NCBI GenBank assembly: GCA_044892525.1
Contig: CM097885.1
Span: 1,800,001 to 1,860,000 of the forward strand
Origin: Schmidtea polychroa
Taxonomy: Eukaryota
DNA: 60,000 bases
Reading direction: 5' to 3'
A program made the translations under genes and the position numbers. Every line of letters starts with the position of its first letter. Within the stretch, counting starts at the first letter, position 1. The notes under the pieces are model-generated. The model saw only the letters and a program-made list of their open reading frames with translations. It was not told the origin of the DNA and did no database searches. This document shows positions 53,686 through 60,000 of the stretch, in pieces.

Positions 53686-56600
53686 CATTAAAATTTCCAT
53701 TTAAATTTTCATTATAAATTACATTTCTCAAAAAAGTTGGTGGTTATTCAATCTTTTGATAATAAATAAATAATTTTACTTTAATTTACTTATTTAGCTT
53801 TAATTTAAAATTTGAACCATTGGATACTTAATTTTAAATTTTGAACCTTAATTTACTTATTTAAAATTTTTAACTTTAATTTACCTAATTATTTTTATTT
53901 CTTAATTTTACACCATAATTTACTTAACAACTAAATATAATCCTTATTTTCATATTTAACCAATAATTTCATGTGGTCATCTGGTTGTCAGTGCTTGGTA
54001 TCTAGTTGACAGTGCTTAGTACTAGGTATCTAGTTGTTGGCTGGTTGTTAGTACTTAGTTGTTGGTTGTTGTTGATTGTAAGTACTTGGTATCTAGTTGT
54101 TAGCTGGTTGTTAGTACTTAGTTGTTGGTTGTAAGTAGTTGGTATCTGGTACCTAGTTGTTAGTTGGTTGTTGGTTGTTAGTACTTGGTAGCAGGTAACT
54201 GGTTGTTAGTACTTGGTATCAGGTAACTGGTTGGTTGTAGGTATTTAGTAGTTAGTTGATGATGCTTAGTACCTGGTTGTTGTCGGTTGTGAGTACTTGG
54301 TAGTTGGTTAATAATGCTTAGTACCTGGTTGATGTTGGTTGTAAGTATTTGGTAGGTGGTAGTTAGTTGTTAGCTGGTTGTTGTCGGTTGTTAGTACTTG
54401 GTATGTGGTTGTAGGTACTTGGTTGATAATGCTTAGTAGCTGGTTGTTGTGGGTTGTGAGTAGTTGGTATCAGGTTGTTAGTAACTAGTTGTAGGTATCT
54501 GGTTGTAAATACATGTTCGTAAGTTACTGGTTGTTGATACTAAGTTGTTAGTTTGTTGTTGAATTATTATTAAAATTTGTCTTTGAAAAATAATTCATAA
54601 AAATTTTCATTAAAAATTATCTTAAAAATTTCCATCTAAAATTATCATTGAAAAATATTTCATAAAAATTTCCATTAAAAATTACCATTGAAAAATAATT
54701 CATTAAAATTTCTATTAAAAATTACTTAAAAATTATTTCATAAAAATTTTCATTAAAAAATTTCAATTCTCAACCAGCTTCTATTATTTTGTAATTAAAT
54801 TTTAAAATCTTACTTTAATTTACTTATTTAAAAATTTTACCATTGATTACTTAATTTAAAAATTATTACTTTAATTTACTTATTTAAAATTTTTTACCAT
54901 TGATTACTTAATTTAAAATTTGGACCTTTATTTACTGTAATTTAATTTTTAGGACCATTATTTACTGTAATTTAATTTTTAAGAACCATAATTAACTGTA
55001 ATTTAATTTTTAGACCCATTGCTTACTGTAATTGAAAAATTTGAACCATAATTTACTGTAATTCAAAATTTTTGACCATAATTAACTGTAATTTTATTTT
55101 TTAGAACCATTATTTACTTTAATTGAAAAAATTTACCACGTTTTTTAGTGTAGACCACCTTTTTCTCAGGACCAAGGAGACCCACCTGAATTGACCTAGA
55201 AAAATCCATGCTTTTTTTAGTGGTAGTCGAATTTTTGTATTGAAAATATCCTGAGACCTTAAATTGCCACTGTTTTTTAGTGTAGACCACCTTTTTGTAT
55301 TGAAAATATCCTGAGACCTTAAATTGCCACTGTTTTTTAGTGTAGACCACCTTTTTCTCAGGACCAAGGAGACCCACCTGAATTGACCTAGAAAAATCCA
55401 TGCCTTTTTTAGTGGTAGTCGGATTTTTGTATTGAAAATATCCTGAGACCTTAAATTGCCACTGGTTTTTAGTGTAGACCACCTTTTTCTCAGGACCAAG
55501 GAGACCCACCTGAATTGACCTAGAAAAATCCATGCCTTTTTTAGTGGTAATCGGATTTTTGTATTGAAAATATCCTGAGACCTTAAATTGCCACTGTTTT
55601 TTAGTGTAGACCACCTTTTTGTATTGAAAATATCCTGAGACTTTAAATTGTCACTGTTTTTTAGTGTAGACCACCTTTTTCTCAGGACCAAGGAGACCCA
55701 CCTGAATTGACCTAGAAAAATCCATGCTTTTTTTAGTGGTAGTCGGATTTTTGTATTGAAAATATCCTGAGACCTTAAATTGCCACTGTTTTTTAGTGGT
55801 AGTCGAATTTTTGTATTGAAAATATCCTGAGACCTTAAATTGCCACTGTTTTTTAGTGTAGACCACCTTTTTCTCAGGACCAAGGAGACCCACCTGAATT
55901 GACCTAGAAAAATCCATGCCTTTTTTAGTGGTAGTCGAATTTTTGTATTGAAAATATCCTGAGACCTTAAATTGCCACTGTTTTTTAGTGTAGACCACCT
56001 TTTTGTATTGAAAATATCCTGAGACCTTAAATTGCCACTGTTTTTTAGTGTAGACCACCTTATTCTCAGGACCGAGGAGACCCACCTGAATTGACCTAGA
56101 AAAATCCATGCTTTTTTTAGTGGTAGTCGGATTTTTGTATTGAAAATATCCTGAGACCTTAAATTGCCACTGTTAAATTAATTAAGGATTAAATTTTTAC
56201 TACATGTTATAATATTGAATTCTTATAATGTCATAAGTCTCCTATAGACCTAATTTTCTTCTAGATCAAGACTAAACTGCTATCCTACCATTCTGCAGAG
56301 AAATTAGAATAATACATCACTGGTACCTTCGACTCGTATTTTGGCATAACTGATAAAACCTTAAAGTTAAATCGGCACATACAGACTCAAGTGCTTTACG
56401 TCTGGCGAAAGCAAGAGCCAAGGCTATGAGACCTAGAAGAGTAAGAACCTAAATTTTACTTACCGAATAAGTGACATTTGGATAAGAATCGTCAACTATA
56501 CGAATAACGACTCATATTAGTATACTTTGTATTTCTATAAACAAGGTTCCTTTTGTAAATGTTTTGTATTAAATAAATATCCTGTATCCTAGCGTAACTT

Positions 56601-57542
56601 ATAGATAAGTCTGAATGTAGAATAAATAATTGATAATAATGTAGAATGCCTGCATTTTATATGATGAATTATATGTGGAAACGAATGCCAAAGTATGAGC
56701 TCGATTTGTTTTTTAGTGTCAGGATCATCAATGCGAATTCAAATTTCAACCTATAAATATTCTTCCTTCAATAAGAAATAGATTGAGAAACTTACGAATC
56801 AACCTTTAAAACAACTGAAGATGAATTTAGTCGTGTTGAGGGCACATGATTCAACCTGCCCCACGACCACGAATTAAGATTACAGTTGTTACGGTTGAGT
56901 AAAACCTGAAACTGTTTGATCACAGAATACCAAGCTTAGTTTATGTTCATCAATGAGCAGAGTCGGCATATTTGCAAATTTATACCTAGGCAGGTTAAAA
57001 GTCGAATCCAGAATCTAGTATTAACCAAACAAAGCACTATCATTTCCTCTCATCACATAGTTCCAGAAAATATGAAATTTAAATTACCAATTTCGGTGAA
57101 GAAGACGACAAAACATAATAAAGGGGAAGAAGGATAGTAAATGAGATAATGGCAAATAGCCTGCCCAAATTTTTCAAAATGAAATTGAAACATCAACAGA
57201 GATTGGAAATGAAACATAATAGTGATAATGTAAGGTCTTCTGTCGATAGTTCGAACCCTTAAACGACGATGCAATGAGAAGTAGTTCTAAATTAGGACCT
57301 CAATTGCCTTGGGCTTTTTCTATATATTTCTTCATGATGAACTATTTATAAATAAAGTTATCATTTCTATTATTTTTGAGGTAATATTAATCTAAAAAAT
57401 CTGTAAATTTTTCTATTCTAAATGAAAATTTTAACTAGATTATTACAAAATTTATAAATAAACAAAATCAAATATAATATTTTTATTTATAAACATTTAA
57501 TTTATGTTTTGTTTTAATTTTCAGTTTTAATAATTCTTTGCA

Positions 57543-57962
57543 ATGAGTACAAACGAAGAAACAACAGATGAAGTTCTACGATCGAAATATCCTCAGTTAG
57601 CAAAGAAAGGTGGAGCTAGTCAATTGCTTCAAAAGCGGCTTTGTAAAGGGGTGTGATTAGTGATTTATTTGATTTAAACTAATTTGTTTATGCAGCATAA
57701 ATATTTTGATTCTGGAGATTATAATGTTGCTCGAGCTCAGAATCAAAAGGCTGCTAATGTTTTGCCAACACAGAAAGAAGAATTGCCACTTTATGAAACA
57801 ACAGGAGATACGATAGCGACTCCTGAAACTGTACCTGCAGTGAGGAAAAAGAGCCTACAAAATCCACTGGCAACGAATACAACAAGTATTGTGAGCCCGA
57901 ATGTGATGCCAGTATTTGAACGAGATTCAGATCGAGAATTAGATTCAGCTGATAACAACTGA
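57543..57962 (+). CDS. ENSA: Alpha-endosulfine/ARPP-19 family PP2A-B55 inhibitor, 124 aa (exons 57543-57650, 57696-57962)
   Basis: LRSKYP..GGASQLLQKRLCKG|HKYFDSGDYN; 45-nt GT-AG intron, phase 0. Confidence 0.93.
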
Positions 57963-60000
57963 ATGAAGATTTGATTGTATAGTAATCAATTGCATTTAGA
58001 TCTTGCATTTCCTTTCGTAATAATTGAGTTTAAATATAATTTTTGATGTGTTATTGAATGCAAGCGCTGCGTAGATTTCACGGATTCTCGGATTGGGTTT
58101 ATATTTCGTTGGAATATTGTTTAATTTGGAATTATAACTTGATAAATCTTTGAATTGAACTCTTTTCAAATTTGAAATTTTCTAGACTTTCCACAAATCC
58201 TATCAAAATCATCATGAAATGGATCGATTGCTAATCATTTGTTAACAAAGATGAGAATTAAGTTAATATTCAAATTCACGAATAATGCTAACCTAAATAT
58301 TAGGATTTTGATTGGTTGTCATAATTTCCAGTTTCTATTGGTTGCTTAGCAACTGGACGCAACGGGATATTTCAAATATTGATGATAATATTATTATTAT
58401 TCAATAATTATACAAATTAGGGGGGTAATTCTCATTTATTTATGGCCATGGATTTCTTTACGCATCCAATTCTTGCATTTGCTCATCATTGCCATTCAAA
58501 ATCGTGAATAATTATTAAAAATGACCACGGTAAATGAAAGATTTAAAATATTGAATTCTAGCTGGGGTAATTGCGCACCAGTTGGTAACATTCTTGCATT
58601 TCCCTGATTATTGGGGATCTTGGGAATGAGAATTTGTGGTCAAATGCAGTGAAGCTGTTATTGTTCACTTGGCACCTCTCAGCAAAGCTTTAATTGGACT
58701 TTTCACCATTAATTGAATAGCACAGAAAAATAATACACGAGGGGGGGGGGCGATAGGATCTTGGGAAAGGAACTTTTGCTCGCATAAAGGATTCTTGGGC
58801 AGTTGAGACACATAAAATATTAATATTATTTGTCAGTAGTACTCTTTATGACAAATATTAACTCCAACAATAAGGTATTTCTCATTGGTAAATCGCACCC
58901 TAACCTGATTGGTGATATTTAATTAATATAAATTCATCATAAATAGCGCTGCTAACATCTTCATAGCTTTCCACAACTTTGAAAATGTCTGAATCGCATT
59001 TTCTTGTTTGTATTGTATGAAAATTGGGGGGGGGTCCCTGGGACAGAGATTTTTAAATCTTCATTTACTTTTAGGACAGCAAACTTGACAACCAGCTTTA
59101 CAACAATTATTAGCTCTATTCTCTTTACTAACTTTATTCAACATATTCATCATTAATGATAATCTCTTTTAATTGGCTCTCTTTCGCTCCTTTGATAGAG
59201 CTGCCTACATCACATATTACCCAATTTAGATTATCAGCCAACCGGAACGCGATCGGCGTGACCGTGCATTGTTCAATTCGTATTTATAGTTTCATTCGCC
59301 ACCTCAGATCGTTTCTATCAGAAAATATTGAGATTTGATTAAGCCTTTAGCACTCCATTGTTGGGGATTTACAAAAATGTATCAAACAAAATGAAAATTA
59401 GATTTATTAAAAATTAATTAAAAACTAATTAAATATTCAAAAATGAACAAAATTAATATTTTCCATGGAAAGGGGGCCGGTGAATAAAGTAATTTACAAG
59501 TTATTAGAAATTAATCTCATTTATTATTCAAGAAAAACTCATAAATTATTATAAAAATCTCGGACAGTTTATCTCTTTGAGACTGGCAACGAGATGAAGA
59601 AAATGACACATTTTCATCGAGATTCATTTGATCCAACGCCGTCAAGTAAGTGACAATCAACAGAAGAATTGATGGAGGCTTGTTTACAGATTTGTTAGAC
59701 ACGTTTTCAAAGTCATTGATGATGATCGAATCACAGTGGCGAATATGCATACCAAAGATTACCCTGGCTCATAGTAATCTGGTGGTTTTCGAACATATAA
59801 TTCTGAACAATTTGCAATTTCGGTGAATGGAAAACAACGTTTTATTTTTGCATAAAAGGTTTATATAGAATACGATGAGACCGTCTAACGGCTCACCACA
59901 AATAGACACCATCAACAAAAATGATTTATGACAAACAATTTGTACAAACATTAACTGTAAATAAAAAAATATTGTATTTATATCGGATTACAGATTGCTA

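Noticed and set aside
56175..56620. Right terminus and AATTTC TSD of the outer element
   Set aside because: Not found; the array ends abruptly at ~56174 and unrelated sequence follows

Overview
AT-rich, repeat-dense eukaryotic genomic DNA. The (TTA)n tracts and 40-45 nt introns would fit a planarian-type host, but that is inference. Two host genes can be modelled: a 4-exon FLYWCH zinc-finger gene (7132-10132) and an endosulfine/ARPP-19 gene (57543-57962). Positions 1-27 kb hold many hAT, pogo-type, Penelope and solo-LTR insertions. The main object is an apparently intact 17,077-bp Polinton/Maverick endogenous virus (36403-53479) with ~2 kb TIRs and a 6-bp TTAGTT TSD. It encodes pPolB, major capsid, two minor capsids, integrase, packaging ATPase, adenain-type protease, core proteins and, unusually, a TATA-binding-protein-like gene. 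Several of its genes have spliceosomal introns missed by the ORF track; pPolB appears to have an upstream exon and a 1.24 kb intron containing a hidden antisense gene. This Polinton sits in the right arm of a gene-less, near-palindromic relative (27339-56174) that shares the terminal 18 bp but carries a different repeated motif in its terminal hairpin. No database searches were run; family assignments come from recognised motifs.
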